A stretch of DNA of 64,000 nucleotides. Source: an uncultured Bacillales bacterium (GTDB taxonomy: Bacteria > Bacillota_I > Bacilli_A > RFN20 > CAG-449). A program made the translations under genes and the position numbers. The first letter of the stretch is position 1. Each line of letters begins with the position of its first letter. The notes beneath the pieces are model-generated. The model saw only the letters and a program-made list of their open reading frames with translations, was not told the DNA's origin and made no database searches. Shown here one piece after another: positions 40,958 through 50,558 of this stretch. The stretch covers positions 103,781 through 167,780 of the forward strand of contig CAMCEE010000002.1 of assembly GCA_945873815.1 (NCBI GenBank), given 5' to 3'.

Positions 40958-41854
40958 ATGAAATTAGGTGAAATAATTGATGAGAGATATAAAATTAAAT
41001 CTATCCTTGGTGAAGGTGGTATGGCCATTGTTTATCAAGCGGAAGATTTGATTGCCAAAAAAGATGTTGCAATAAAAATCATTAAAGAAGATACGATGAA
41101 AAATCCAGTTAACTTAACTAGATTTGAAAGAGAAGCAAGAGCAGCTGCTTCATTAAATCATCAAAATATCGTTAAAGTAATTAATTTGGGGACTGCAGAA
41201 GGTAGACCATATATGGTTACTGAACTTATTAAAGGTCAAACGTTAAGGGAAGTATTAAATGTAAGAGGAAAATTCTCTGTCCTTGAAGCATGCGATATTA
41301 TGTATCAACTCTGTTCTGCGGTTTTAAATGCACATCAACACAGTGTTATTCATAGAGATATTAAACCTCAAAATGTATATATGACATCAGATTCTACTGT
41401 TAAATTAGGTGATTTTGGTATTGCAACATTTCAAAATGCAAGTAGAGTTACTAGAAGTGAGGTAGTTGTCGGATCAGTTCATTATCTAGCTCCAGAAATC
41501 TCACAAGGTAATCCTGCGACTCCTCAATCGGATATTTATGCCTTAGGAATTACTTTCTATGAATTATTAACTGGAAAAGTACCTTTTGATGATGAATCAC
41601 CAGTTACTGTCGCTTTAATGCATATAAAAGATAGAATGCCTTCTGTTAGAAAGATAAATCCTAAAGTGCCTTTGATAGTTGAAAAAATTGTGAATAAAGC
41701 AACTGAGAAAAATCCTGCGAATAGATATAAATCATGTTTTGATATGAGAAAAGATATTGATAGAATTTTACGTGATCCAAGTTTAGTCAAAAAACAATCG
41801 TTCTTTGAAAAGGTTTTTGGCGTCTTTAAGAAAGATAAAGCAAAAAATGACTAA
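40958..41854 (+). CDS. Ser/Thr protein kinase, Hanks-type kinase domain only (no TM segment or PASTA repeats)
   Basis: Kinase motifs GEGGMAIVY, VAIK, HRDIKPQN, DFG and APE. It ends after about 300 aa. An RBS GGGAGG is 7 nt upstream of the ATG at 40958. Confidence 0.85.
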   Translation: MKLGEIIDERYKIKSILGEGGMAIVYQAEDLIAKKDVAIKIIKEDTMKNPVNLTRFEREARAAASLNHQNIVKVINLGTAEGRPYMVTELIKGQTLREVLNVRGKFSVLEACDIMYQLCSAVLNAHQHSVIHRDIKPQNVYMTSDSTVKLGDFGIATFQNASRVTRSEVVVGSVHYLAPEISQGNPATPQSDIYALGITFYELLTGKVPFDDESPVTVALMHIKDRMPSVRKINPKVPLIVEKIVNKATEKNPANRYKSCFDMRKDIDRILRDPSLVKKQSFFEKVFGVFKKDKAKND

Positions 41855-42713
41855 AGGGAAGATACTATCAACCGTTGGAGGTAAATATCGCGTATTTCTA
41901 GGGGATAAAACGTTGGAGGTAAAACCATACGGTGTTTTTCGCTATAAAAAGATTAAACCACTCGTTGGAGATATTGTAGAAATTGATGTCGATAAAGAAG
42001 TAATGATTTCAATTGATGAACGAATGAATTCTCTTATTCGTCCGCGTATTGCGAATCTTGATAGAGGAGTAATCGTTCAAAGTTTAGTTAAACCAGATTT
42101 TTCATCCTATTTATTAGATAAATTCTTATCCTTATTAAATTATAGTAACGTCAAACCGATGATAGTATTAACCAAATTGGATTTAATGGAAGATAAAGAA
42201 AGACTTAAGAATATTATTTCGTCCTATAATAATCTTGGAATAGATGTTTATCCATATTCAAAAAGAACAGGCGAAGGATTAGAAGAGATTAAAAGAGCAA
42301 TAAGAGGAAAAACAATTGCTTTTATGGGTCAAACTGGAGCAGGAAAATCTTCACTAATTAATTTGATTAATCCATCTTTTGATCGAGAGATTGGTAAATA
42401 TAATGAAAATGTTAATCGTGGAACGCATCAAACAAAGGAAGTTATTTTCCTTCCATATGAAGATGGATTTATCGCGGATACACCAGGATTCTCTAGTTTA
42501 GAACTTCCAATGTATAAGGAAGAATTATCTGAAGTATTTCCAGGATATAATAGATTTATTGGAAAATGCAAGTTTAATGATTGCTTACATATCACTGAAG
42601 GTGGATGCAAGATTAAAGAAGCGGTTGAACAAGGAGTATTATCAAAAGAGAATTATGATAATTATGTAGAGATTAGTAAAGAAATTATTAGTAGAAAGGA
42701 TCGTATATTTTAA
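41847..42713 (+). CDS. rsgA: Ribosome small-subunit-dependent GTPase A
   Basis: N-terminal OB-fold (MTKGKILSTVGGKYRV). G motifs VLTKLDL and GQTGAGKSSLIN. C-terminal zinc finger CKFNDCLHITEGGC. I chose the ATG at 41847 over the TTG at 41805. Confidence 0.8.
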   Translation: MTKGKILSTVGGKYRVFLGDKTLEVKPYGVFRYKKIKPLVGDIVEIDVDKEVMISIDERMNSLIRPRIANLDRGVIVQSLVKPDFSSYLLDKFLSLLNYSNVKPMIVLTKLDLMEDKERLKNIISSYNNLGIDVYPYSKRTGEGLEEIKRAIRGKTIAFMGQTGAGKSSLINLINPSFDREIGKYNENVNRGTHQTKEVIFLPYEDGFIADTPGFSSLELPMYKEELSEVFPGYNRFIGKCKFNDCLHITEGGCKIKEAVEQGVLSKENYDNYVEISKEIISRKDRIF

Positions 42714-42714
42714 G

Positions 42715-43383
42715 ATGAAAAAGATAGTAGTTGCTCCTTCAATATTAGGAGTTCCTTATGAAAATGCACCAAAAATAATTAATGAATTGATAAAATGTAA
42801 TGCGGATATTATTCATTTTGATGTTATGGATGGGAAATTTGTTCCTAATTCTTCCTTTCCAATTGAAGAATATAAATATATTAAAAGAAATGTTGATTCT
42901 TCGATTATTTTTGATGTTCACTTAATGGTTGAAAATGTTTTAGAATATGTTTTACTCTATATTGAGAATAAAGCAGATATCATTACATTTCATTATGAAG
43001 CGGTAAATAAAAAAGAGATTAAAGGATTAATTGAAAAGATACATAATGCTAAGATAAAGGCTGGTATATCAATTAAACCTGATACAGATATTACCGTTTT
43101 AGATGAATTTCTTGATGAGTTAGATTTAGTCTTAATAATGAGCGTTGAACCAGGAGCTGGAGGACAAAAATTCAATGAAACAATGCTTGATAAAGTAGAA
43201 TATTTAAATCAAAAGAGAATAGATAACAAATATCATTATGTAATTGAAATTGATGGAGGTATCAATAAGGATACTGGTAAACAAAGCGTTAATAGAGGAG
43301 TCGATTATCTTGTCGCTGGATCATATATTCTTAAATCTAATGATATGAAAACTGCGATTAAATCGTTAAAAGACTATGAATAA
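42715..43383 (+). CDS. rpe: Ribulose-phosphate 3-epimerase
   Basis: Rpe motifs APSILG, HFDVMDG, DVHLMV and EIDGGI. Confidence 0.85.
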   Translation: MKKIVVAPSILGVPYENAPKIINELIKCNADIIHFDVMDGKFVPNSSFPIEEYKYIKRNVDSSIIFDVHLMVENVLEYVLLYIENKADIITFHYEAVNKKEIKGLIEKIHNAKIKAGISIKPDTDITVLDEFLDELDLVLIMSVEPGAGGQKFNETMLDKVEYLNQKRIDNKYHYVIEIDGGINKDTGKQSVNRGVDYLVAGSYILKSNDMKTAIKSLKDYE

Positions 43384-44029
43384 GATTAATTTATTGATTA
43401 TTTTATTATCTTCTTTTATTATTGCGTTGATTATTGGATTATTATCTTATTTTCAAGATAAAAAGAAAATGTATTCCTTTCTAGGAATGTTCCCTTTTGA
43501 ACTAAAGAGTAATAATAATCCATTACTTAATCTGATATTTAGAATTGTATTAGCTTTATCAATAAGCGCAATGTCAATCGATGCAATATATTTGCTTATT
43601 AATAATATCAGTAGCGTATTTTTAACAAAAACATTAGGATATTTATTAATCGTTTCTTCTATTATCTTGATTACGATGTTCATTATAGATTTTAAGAGCT
43701 TAAACACTCATATTTTAGGAAGTAGTATATTCGTTACATTCGTATTCATTGATTATTTATTTTTTGGATATATTGCTTTAATCAATTTAAACGATAATTT
43801 CTTCTTATATCAAGGTATTATTGCAATTGTTATTTCTGTTATTCTTCTATTAATAATCGTATATCCATCATTGAGTTCGTGGTATAAGATGAAGAAAACT
43901 AGAAATGAAAAAACAAAGGAAGAGAAATATGAAAGGAAGAGAGTAAATATTTTAGCTCTATTAGAATGGATCAGCATATTTTTATTTGTTGGATTATTTG
44001 TATTAATATCATTATCTAATATTATATAG
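43376..44029 (+). CDS. Membrane protein (unknown)
   Basis: 217 aa with 5-6 TM helices. The position normally occupied by thiamine pyrophosphokinase after rpe is taken by this protein. Confidence 0.4.
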   Translation: MNKINLLIILLSSFIIALIIGLLSYFQDKKKMYSFLGMFPFELKSNNNPLLNLIFRIVLALSISAMSIDAIYLLINNISSVFLTKTLGYLLIVSSIILITMFIIDFKSLNTHILGSSIFVTFVFIDYLFFGYIALINLNDNFFLYQGIIAIVISVILLLIIVYPSLSSWYKMKKTRNEKTKEEKYERKRVNILALLEWISIFLFVGLFVLISLSNII

Positions 44030-44032
44030 CAT

Positions 44033-44063
44033 AAAAAAAACTCGTTCATCGCGAGTTTTTTTA
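44033..44063. terminator. Bidirectional intrinsic terminator between the membrane-protein gene and rpmB
   Basis: A8-AACTCG-ttcatcg-CGAGTT-T7. The A-run and T-run can serve both strands. Confidence 0.7.
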
Positions 44064-44067
44064 TAAA

Positions 44068-44283
44068 CTATTCTGCTGCGTTTGAAGCTGCTTTTTTATT
44101 TGTTTTTCTTAATGTCTTAATAGCGCGTGCAGACAATCTCATTGTTACAACGCGTCCGTTGAGATTAACTTTAACAGGTTGTAAATTGACATTCCATCTT
44201 CTACGTGTAGCTATTAAGGAGTGGGAACGTGCATTACCACTGATTGGTGCTTTTCCTGTAATAGGACATACTCTTGCTGCCAT
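44068..44283 (-). CDS. rpmB: 50S ribosomal protein L28
   Basis: MAARVCPITGKAPISGNARSHSLIATRRRWNVNLQ is the canonical bL28 sequence. Confidence 0.9.
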   Translation of the reverse strand: MAARVCPITGKAPISGNARSHSLIATRRRWNVNLQPVKVNLNGRVVTMRLSARAIKTLRKTNKKAASNAAE

Positions 44284-44346
44284 AGTTAACTATCCTCCTT
44301 AATCAAAGCGATTTTATCGCTGACTATGATATAATATCAAAGCTTT

Positions 44347-44477
44347 ATTGATATTGCAAATATTTTTTATTAATAATTCTAAATTTCTAAGCATTTTACT
44401 AATGAATTTATCATTTATCTTCTTAGTCCTTTAGGATATCTATTATTTAGTTTGCCTTTTGTTGCCTTTGCGAATCC
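44347..44477. repeat. 131-bp direct repeat, left copy (target-site duplication of the IS1634-family element)
   Basis: Identical by eye over 131 bp to 46432..46562. It contains a duplicated copy of the last 63 bp of the 46500..47825 gene. Confidence 0.85.
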
Positions 44478-46431
44478 GGGAATTTGACAGAATCTTCAAC
44501 TAAAAATACTTAATCCAGTGACTCTTATACTTAAGTATAATTTTCTCTTTTTTTATGTCAAATTTCTTATTTTTTATGTTGTATGAATTCGTATGATATG
44601 TTATAATATATTTGGTGATATATTTATGCGAGTTTCTTTAATGAAATGTGGTAATGACGATAAGCTCGTCTATATTGTTGACTCTACTCGTGTCGATAAT
44701 AAAATTAAAACTATTGTTGTTGAAAAATTAGGTAGACTTTCTGATTTAAAAAAGAATTATTTTGATCCTATTGCTTTTGCTAAAAAGAGAGCTCTTCAAC
44801 TCACAAACGAAAAAAAGGCTAATGAAGATAACTTTGATGTCAAATTTTTTACTCAACGTATTCTTTCTTCATCACAAACTTCTTTCAATGCAGGCTATCT
44901 GTTCTTGCAAAAGATCTATTACGGATTATCTTTAGATAAAATTTGTTTAGAAATTCAAGAAGATTCTAAAACTAAATATGATTTAAACAACATCTTAAAA
45001 GATTTAATCTTTTCTAGAATTCTTTATCCTTCTAGTAAACTTTCTACTTTTGATCTCGCTCATAATTTCTTAGAATCTCCTTCTTATGAATTACATGATG
45101 TTTATCGTGCTTTAGATTTATTATCTAATAACATTGACCTTATTCAAAAAGAAGTTTACTCAAGTTCTTTGAAGATTTGCAAACGGAATACTAATATACT
45201 TTATTATGACTGTACTAACTTCTTCTTTGAAATTGAACAACAAGATGGCTTTAGAAATTATGGTTTTTCTAAAGAACATCGCCCTAATCCTATTGTTCAA
45301 ATGGGTTTATTTATGGACGGAAATGGAATGCCTTTAGCTTTTAATATTAATCCTGGTAATACTAATGAACAAATTACTCCTAGACCAACTGAAGAAATGA
45401 TTGAAAAAGAATTCGGCTTATCTAAGTTTATCTATTGTTCTGATGCTGGTTTAGGATCATATAACAACAAATGGTTTAATCAATTAAAAGATCGCTCATT
45501 TATTGTTACTCAATCCTTAAAAAAGATTAAATCTTATCTTCTTAATTGGGTATTAGATGATAATAATTGGAATATACCTAAAGATAAATGCGAATTCAAT
45601 CAAATTATTTTTAAATCTCGCCCAATCAATGAAAAAGGAACTATCATTATTGATGACTTAAATTCTCAAACTGAAATTAATCAAAGATTAATTGTCTCTT
45701 TTTCTCCAAGGTATGCAAAATATCAAAAAGAAATTAGGGATGCCCAAATTGATAGAGCCAAAAAACTAATTGCTCATCCAAGTAAATTTGATAAATACTC
45801 ATCCCAAGACTGCAAAAGATTCATTAAAAATATTGCTTTTGATTCTAAAACAGCTGAAGTAATCGCTAGAGATTTATCTTTGGATTTAGACGCGATTAAC
45901 GAAGAAGCTATGTTTGATGGTTATTATGCTTTAGTAACTAATTTAGATGGTTCAGATGAGGAAATCATTAAGATTAATCACAATCGTTGGGAAATTGAAG
46001 AATCATTTAGAATCATGAAAACAGATTTTAAATCTAGACCAGTTTATTTACAGAATGAAAATAGAATTCGTTCTCATTTCTTAACTTGTTATCTTGCTTT
46101 ACTTATCTATCGTATTCTTGAACAAAAGATTAATGATGATTCACATCATTACACTACTACTCAAATTATTTCTTCATTAAAGGAAATGAACTTATTCAAA
46201 TTAAATGATGTTGGTTTTGCTTCTAATTATCAAGCCTCAGAATTATTAGATTCTCTTTGTAAATCTTTTGATTTAGATCTTAATAAACAAGCATATAGAT
46301 CAAATAAAATAAAAAAATTAATTAAATTAAGTAAAAAACCATACAACATTTTCTAAGCACTAAAAAATGGTAAAATTCCCGATTTATCGGAGTTTCTACC
46401 ATTTTTATTTACTTTAATTGTCAAAGATGAG
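44478..46431 (+). mobile_element. IS1634-family insertion sequence (about 1.95 kb) with a single transposase ORF
   Basis: It is bounded by the 131-bp direct repeats. Ends GGGAATTTGACAG… and …CTTTGACAATT(rc) form imperfect terminal inverted repeats. Long, variable TSDs are the hallmark of IS1634-family elements. Confidence 0.75.
44593..46356 (+). CDS. IS1634-family (IS4-superfamily DDE) transposase
   Basis: 587 aa. The N-terminal region …MKCGNDDKLVYIVDSTRV… and the overall length match IS1634/ISMac-type transposases. Confidence 0.75.
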   Translation: MICYNIFGDIFMRVSLMKCGNDDKLVYIVDSTRVDNKIKTIVVEKLGRLSDLKKNYFDPIAFAKKRALQLTNEKKANEDNFDVKFFTQRILSSSQTSFNAGYLFLQKIYYGLSLDKICLEIQEDSKTKYDLNNILKDLIFSRILYPSSKLSTFDLAHNFLESPSYELHDVYRALDLLSNNIDLIQKEVYSSSLKICKRNTNILYYDCTNFFFEIEQQDGFRNYGFSKEHRPNPIVQMGLFMDGNGMPLAFNINPGNTNEQITPRPTEEMIEKEFGLSKFIYCSDAGLGSYNNKWFNQLKDRSFIVTQSLKKIKSYLLNWVLDDNNWNIPKDKCEFNQIIFKSRPINEKGTIIIDDLNSQTEINQRLIVSFSPRYAKYQKEIRDAQIDRAKKLIAHPSKFDKYSSQDCKRFIKNIAFDSKTAEVIARDLSLDLDAINEEAMFDGYYALVTNLDGSDEEIIKINHNRWEIEESFRIMKTDFKSRPVYLQNENRIRSHFLTCYLALLIYRILEQKINDDSHHYTTTQIISSLKEMNLFKLNDVGFASNYQASELLDSLCKSFDLDLNKQAYRSNKIKKLIKLSKKPYNIF

Positions 46432-46562
46432 ATTGATATTGCAAATATTTTTTATTAATAATTCTAAATTTCTAAGCATTTTACTAATGAATTTATCATT
46501 TATCTTCTTAGTCCTTTAGGATATCTATTATTTAGTTTGCCTTTTGTTGCCTTTGCGAATCC
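46432..46562. repeat. 131-bp direct repeat, right copy, contiguous with the intact 3' end of the methyltransferase gene
   Basis: See the left copy. Confidence 0.85.
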
Positions 46563-47825
46563 AACGCCGATATTGTTGTATGTTAGTAAATAGATTCCGT
46601 CTTTAATTCCAATTGATAATTGTTCACCTTTTAGATATTTATGTAGGTTATCTTCATCTATCTCGCATATTAGTGGAAATGATTTTGAAGCATGAGATAG
46701 AGCATGATCGAAATTAAATCCGTATTTTTCTAACGTTCCTAGTTTTATTCCTCCACGAATTATATGAAGACCTTTTATATCGAAAGAATAAGGCATCTGA
46801 TAAAAGGTACCATTGTTTTCATAGATATATCCTGTTTGATCGTTTATTAGCGAATGAATATTCTTATTTCTATCTTGGATAAACTTATTATCATTTAATG
46901 ATAATTCACCAGGCTTTTTTATAAGCGCTAGATAATGTCCTTCTCCATCAAATAGATAAGGGAAAAGATGAATTCCTATGTTATCTTTACTTTTATAGAA
47001 ACAATCTAAATCTGGTAGAGGAACAAGTGTGGCATCTGTATTTGATAAAAGGTGCTTAATCACTTCTTCGTCTTCTTCGTAAGAGAAGGAACAAGTAGAG
47101 TAGACTAATGTCCCACCTGGGCGAAGAAGCGTATATGCTTTTAGTATGAGTTCTTTTTGAAGGGAACTTAATGAGAGAACTTTATTATATGTCCAATCTT
47201 CTTTCATGGATTCTTGTTTTCTAAACATTCCAGACCCTGAACATGGTGCATCTAAAATGATTTTAGAGAATACTCCTTCGTATTTAGGAATAAAGGCATC
47301 TAGATCGTTATTTGTAACTATCGTATTTCTTCTTCCCATACGTTCAATGTTACTAGAAAGAATATGACTTCTAGAAGTTTGTATCTCATTAGATATTAAT
47401 ATTCCTTCATTATTCATTAATAATGAAGCGTGGATACTTTTTCCTCCTGGAGCAGCAGCAATATCAAGCACGATATCATTGCGGTTTGGAGACAAATAAT
47501 GCGACACTAAGGATGAACAAGGCTCAAATAGATAATACACTCCTAAATCGTGATAATACATCTTTCCAAATGGATATTCTTCGATATTATATAAAAAGAC
47601 ATTTGGGACGATAGGATGAGGTTTTACGTTTGGAAATAGATTGATAAATTCTTCTTTTGTCATCTTTTCTTCATTTAATAAAAGAGCATGCTTTACCTCA
47701 TTTTCGTTTAGTGAAGCAATTAGTTTTTCTATTTCAAAATCTGAAAGATATTTTTTTAAGTGTTCTTTGAATTCCATATTTTGATTATAGAAAAATATCA
47801 TTATGTTTCCAATAATAATCTTCAC
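46500..47825 (-). CDS. RsmB/RsmF-family (NOL1/NOP2/Sun) rRNA cytosine-C5 methyltransferase with a C-terminal PUA-like extension
   Basis: Motif IV ILDAPCSGSGMFRK and motif VI GGTLVYSTCSFSYEEDEEV, with both catalytic Cys present. The true start may be an internal Met (MIFFYN or MEFKEH). Confidence 0.8.
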   Translation of the reverse strand: MKIIIGNIMIFFYNQNMEFKEHLKKYLSDFEIEKLIASLNENEVKHALLLNEEKMTKEEFINLFPNVKPHPIVPNVFLYNIEEYPFGKMYYHDLGVYYLFEPCSSLVSHYLSPNRNDIVLDIAAAPGGKSIHASLLMNNEGILISNEIQTSRSHILSSNIERMGRRNTIVTNNDLDAFIPKYEGVFSKIILDAPCSGSGMFRKQESMKEDWTYNKVLSLSSLQKELILKAYTLLRPGGTLVYSTCSFSYEEDEEVIKHLLSNTDATLVPLPDLDCFYKSKDNIGIHLFPYLFDGEGHYLALIKKPGELSLNDNKFIQDRNKNIHSLINDQTGYIYENNGTFYQMPYSFDIKGLHIIRGGIKLGTLEKYGFNFDHALSHASKSFPLICEIDEDNLHKYLKGEQLSIGIKDGIYLLTYNNIGVGFAKATKGKLNNRYPKGLRR

Positions 47826-48034
47826 AATTTATATATAATTTCCTTTCTTTTATAATTAGAATATTCAAATGTCTAATTAAGAAAATATCTTACTAAAAGA
47901 GGTAAGATTCTTTAAACTCATAATCTAATACATGATATTAACAACTTTGTTTGGACATATATTAAGTAACAATATGATATATATTATTTGAATTTGAATA
48001 TAACAAAGAATTCTTGGAAAGAGAGGAATAAATT

Positions 48035-48241
48035 ATGAAAAATAATAACAAGATTAAAGTTAAAACTTTAGATGAAAATGAAAGAATGGTAATTACAAAT
48101 CCGGAAAAGATTGCTTTAATTGAAAGTTTACTTGATCAAATGGATGAGATGGAAGTAAGTTCTGAGAAAAGTAAAGAAATATTTGAATATATTAAAAATG
48201 GTGGTTATTATATAACTGCTGATGAATGGGATGAATTATGA
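48035..48241 (+). CDS. Small acidic hypothetical protein (68 aa)
   Basis: RBS GAGAGGAATAAATT precedes the ATG. There is no recognisable motif. Confidence 0.3.
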   Translation: MKNNNKIKVKTLDENERMVITNPEKIALIESLLDQMDEMEVSSEKSKEIFEYIKNGGYYITADEWDEL

Positions 48242-48426
48242 TAATTGCTTAGACAAATTGTTCTATTTTAAACACCTGATGTAGCTCCTTCAATAAGTGA
48301 TTAATCGAATAAAGCAATTTCTAATAAAAAAAATAGCCAATATTTAGGAATTATTGAAAATGTCATCTATCTTTATTTTTATTCTTATACTATAATAGAT
48401 TAGTCGAAAGAGAGGATGTATTACTT

Positions 48427-49728
48427 ATGAGAATGGTAGACATTATATTGAAAAAAAGAGAAGGAAAGGAATTGAATAATGAAGAAATAAGATTTTTCGT
48501 TAAAGGTTTCACGGAAGGATCAATTCCTGATTATCAAGCTTCTGCTTTAGCAATGGCAATTGTTTTTAAAGGAATGAATAAAAAAGAGATTGGAATATTA
48601 ACCGATGCAATGATGCATAGTGGTGATATTATAGATTTATCTTCAATTCCTGGAGTTAAAGTTGATAAACATTCAACTGGAGGAGTAGGAGATAAAACAA
48701 GTTTAGCAGTAGGACCAATCGTTGCAGCTTGTGGAGTCAAGGTAGCAAAAATGTCAGGAAGAGGACTTGGCCATACTGGTGGTACATTAGATAAACTTGA
48801 ATCGATTCCTGGAGTAAGTATCTCAATAGAAGGAGAAGACTTTATTAAGCAAGTCAAAGATATCGGTATTGCGATAATTGGACAAACAGGAACCTTAGTT
48901 CCTTGCGATAAGAAATTATATGCTTTAAGAGATGTAACTGGAACCGTAGAATCAATTCCATTAATCGCTTCGAGTATAATGTCTAAGAAGTTAGCTTCTG
49001 GCTCAGATGCTATTTTGCTCGATGTTAAATTTGGTTCAGGAGCATTTATGAAAACGTTGGATGATGCGAGAAATTTAGCTCGTACAATGGTTGATATTGG
49101 TGATGAATTACATCGTGATACAAGAGCATGTATTACAGATATGTCACAACCTTTAGGTTTAGCTATTGGTAATAATCTAGAAGTAATTGAGGCTATCAAT
49201 ACATTAAATGGAAAAGGACCTGCAGATTTTGTTGAATTATGTCTCGATGGAGCAGCAATTATGTTGATGCAAGCAGGAATTGTAAAAACAAAAGAAGAGG
49301 GTGAAGCTCTTGCAAAAGAAAAGATCGATAATGGTGAAGCTTTAGAAAAACTATGTCAAATGGTCAAGGCTCAAGGTGGGGATGATTCATATATTAGACA
49401 TCCTGAAAAATTTGAAGTGTCAAAAAATATTATCGAAGTTAAGGCAACAAATAAAGGATATATTAAAGAGATTAATGCACTTGAGATTGGTGAAGCTGCG
49501 ATGAGATTAGGAGCAGGTAGAGCAACTATTGAAGATGTAATTGATCCTAAAGCAGGTATTATATTGAATAAAAAGGTCAGTGATTATGTGAATATTGGTG
49601 ACACTTTATGCGTTGTTCATACAGATATTGATGATTACGATGATATTCTTGAAGATATCAAGAAGGCATATAAATTGAGTGATGTGGAAGTAAAGAAAAA
49701 TCCAATCATTTACGAAATCATACAATAA
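48427..49728 (+). CDS. pdp: Pyrimidine-nucleoside (thymidine) phosphorylase
   Basis: The N-terminus MRMVDIILKKREGKELNNEEIRFFVKGFTEGSIPDYQASALAMAI and the phosphate-binding KHSTGGVGDK motif are diagnostic. Confidence 0.9.
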   Translation: MRMVDIILKKREGKELNNEEIRFFVKGFTEGSIPDYQASALAMAIVFKGMNKKEIGILTDAMMHSGDIIDLSSIPGVKVDKHSTGGVGDKTSLAVGPIVAACGVKVAKMSGRGLGHTGGTLDKLESIPGVSISIEGEDFIKQVKDIGIAIIGQTGTLVPCDKKLYALRDVTGTVESIPLIASSIMSKKLASGSDAILLDVKFGSGAFMKTLDDARNLARTMVDIGDELHRDTRACITDMSQPLGLAIGNNLEVIEAINTLNGKGPADFVELCLDGAAIMLMQAGIVKTKEEGEALAKEKIDNGEALEKLCQMVKAQGGDDSYIRHPEKFEVSKNIIEVKATNKGYIKEINALEIGEAAMRLGAGRATIEDVIDPKAGIILNKKVSDYVNIGDTLCVVHTDIDDYDDILEDIKKAYKLSDVEVKKNPIIYEIIQ

Positions 49729-50459
49729 TGAATAAAATAGAAGAAATAAGAAATAAGATAAAAGAAGCAAAAAATATCGTCTTTTTTGGTGGAGCTGGAG
49801 TCTCTACAGAATCAGGAATTAAAGATTTTCGAAGTAAAGATGGTTTATACAATATTATGAGCAAATATGGAGTTCCATACGAAGTAATGCTTTCACATTC
49901 ATTCTTTATTAAGAATGTTGAATTATTTTATGATTTCTATAAAAGTACAATGGTGACAAGTAGCGCTAAACCTAATGCGGCCCATTACGCTTTAGTGGAA
50001 TATGAAAAAAAACATCATAATTTGACAATCATTACGCAAAATATCGATTCGCTTCATGAGATATGCGGGTCGAAGAATGTGATAGAATTACATGGTTCTA
50101 TATCTCGAAATTATTGTATGGATTGTCATGAATTTTATGGAATTGATGAGATAATGAGACAAAATGGTGTCCCTCATTGTTTGAAGTGTAATGGAATTAT
50201 TAAACCAGATGTAGTTCTATACGAAGAGGCTTTAAATGAAGAAGATATGTATAATGCATATATTGCTTGTCTCAATGCGGATGTAATGATTGTAGGAGGT
50301 ACATCTTTAAATGTTTATCCTGCAGCAAATTATGTTAAAAATTATAATGGAGACTGCTTAATTATCATCAATAAAGAAAAGACCCCTTTTGATGAAAAAG
50401 CTAATTATGTTTTATATGGAAATATATGTGACATATTACCAAAAATTTTAGATGAATAG
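49728..50459 (+). CDS. cobB: NAD-dependent protein deacylase (sirtuin, CobB/SrtN type)
   Basis: GAGVSTESGIKDFRS, TQNIDSLHE and the Zn ribbon CMDCHEF…CLKCNG. The ATGA overlaps the pdp stop. Confidence 0.85.
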   Translation: MNKIEEIRNKIKEAKNIVFFGGAGVSTESGIKDFRSKDGLYNIMSKYGVPYEVMLSHSFFIKNVELFYDFYKSTMVTSSAKPNAAHYALVEYEKKHHNLTIITQNIDSLHEICGSKNVIELHGSISRNYCMDCHEFYGIDEIMRQNGVPHCLKCNGIIKPDVVLYEEALNEEDMYNAYIACLNADVMIVGGTSLNVYPAANYVKNYNGDCLIIINKEKTPFDEKANYVLYGNICDILPKILDE

Positions 50460-50558
50460 ATAGTTTGATTTTTTAATAAATATTAATTTGTTTCTTTTTC
50501 TTATGTCATAAATGTGGTACAATTTTTTTGTTGTGAAACAGATGTAGAGAATTGAAAT

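Noticed and set aside
40185-41846. Upstream-extended starts given by the ORF track for stp (40185), the kinase (40943) and rsgA (41805, TTG)
   Set aside because: The extensions run into the preceding genes. ATG codons with better RBS spacing were preferred for stp and the kinase (40224 and 40958). For rsgA the ATG at 41847 was chosen over the TTG, although its RBS is weak. These give the canonical N-termini and stop/start overlaps.
44284-44346. Possible small RNA or promoter in the rpmB upstream gap
   Set aside because: No convincing structured element is present. The gap is simply the rpmB leader abutting the IS target duplication.
48534-49199. 221-aa minus-strand ORF inside pdp
   Set aside because: It is a shadow ORF antisense to the pyrimidine-nucleoside phosphorylase gene. 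It has no RBS and no motif.
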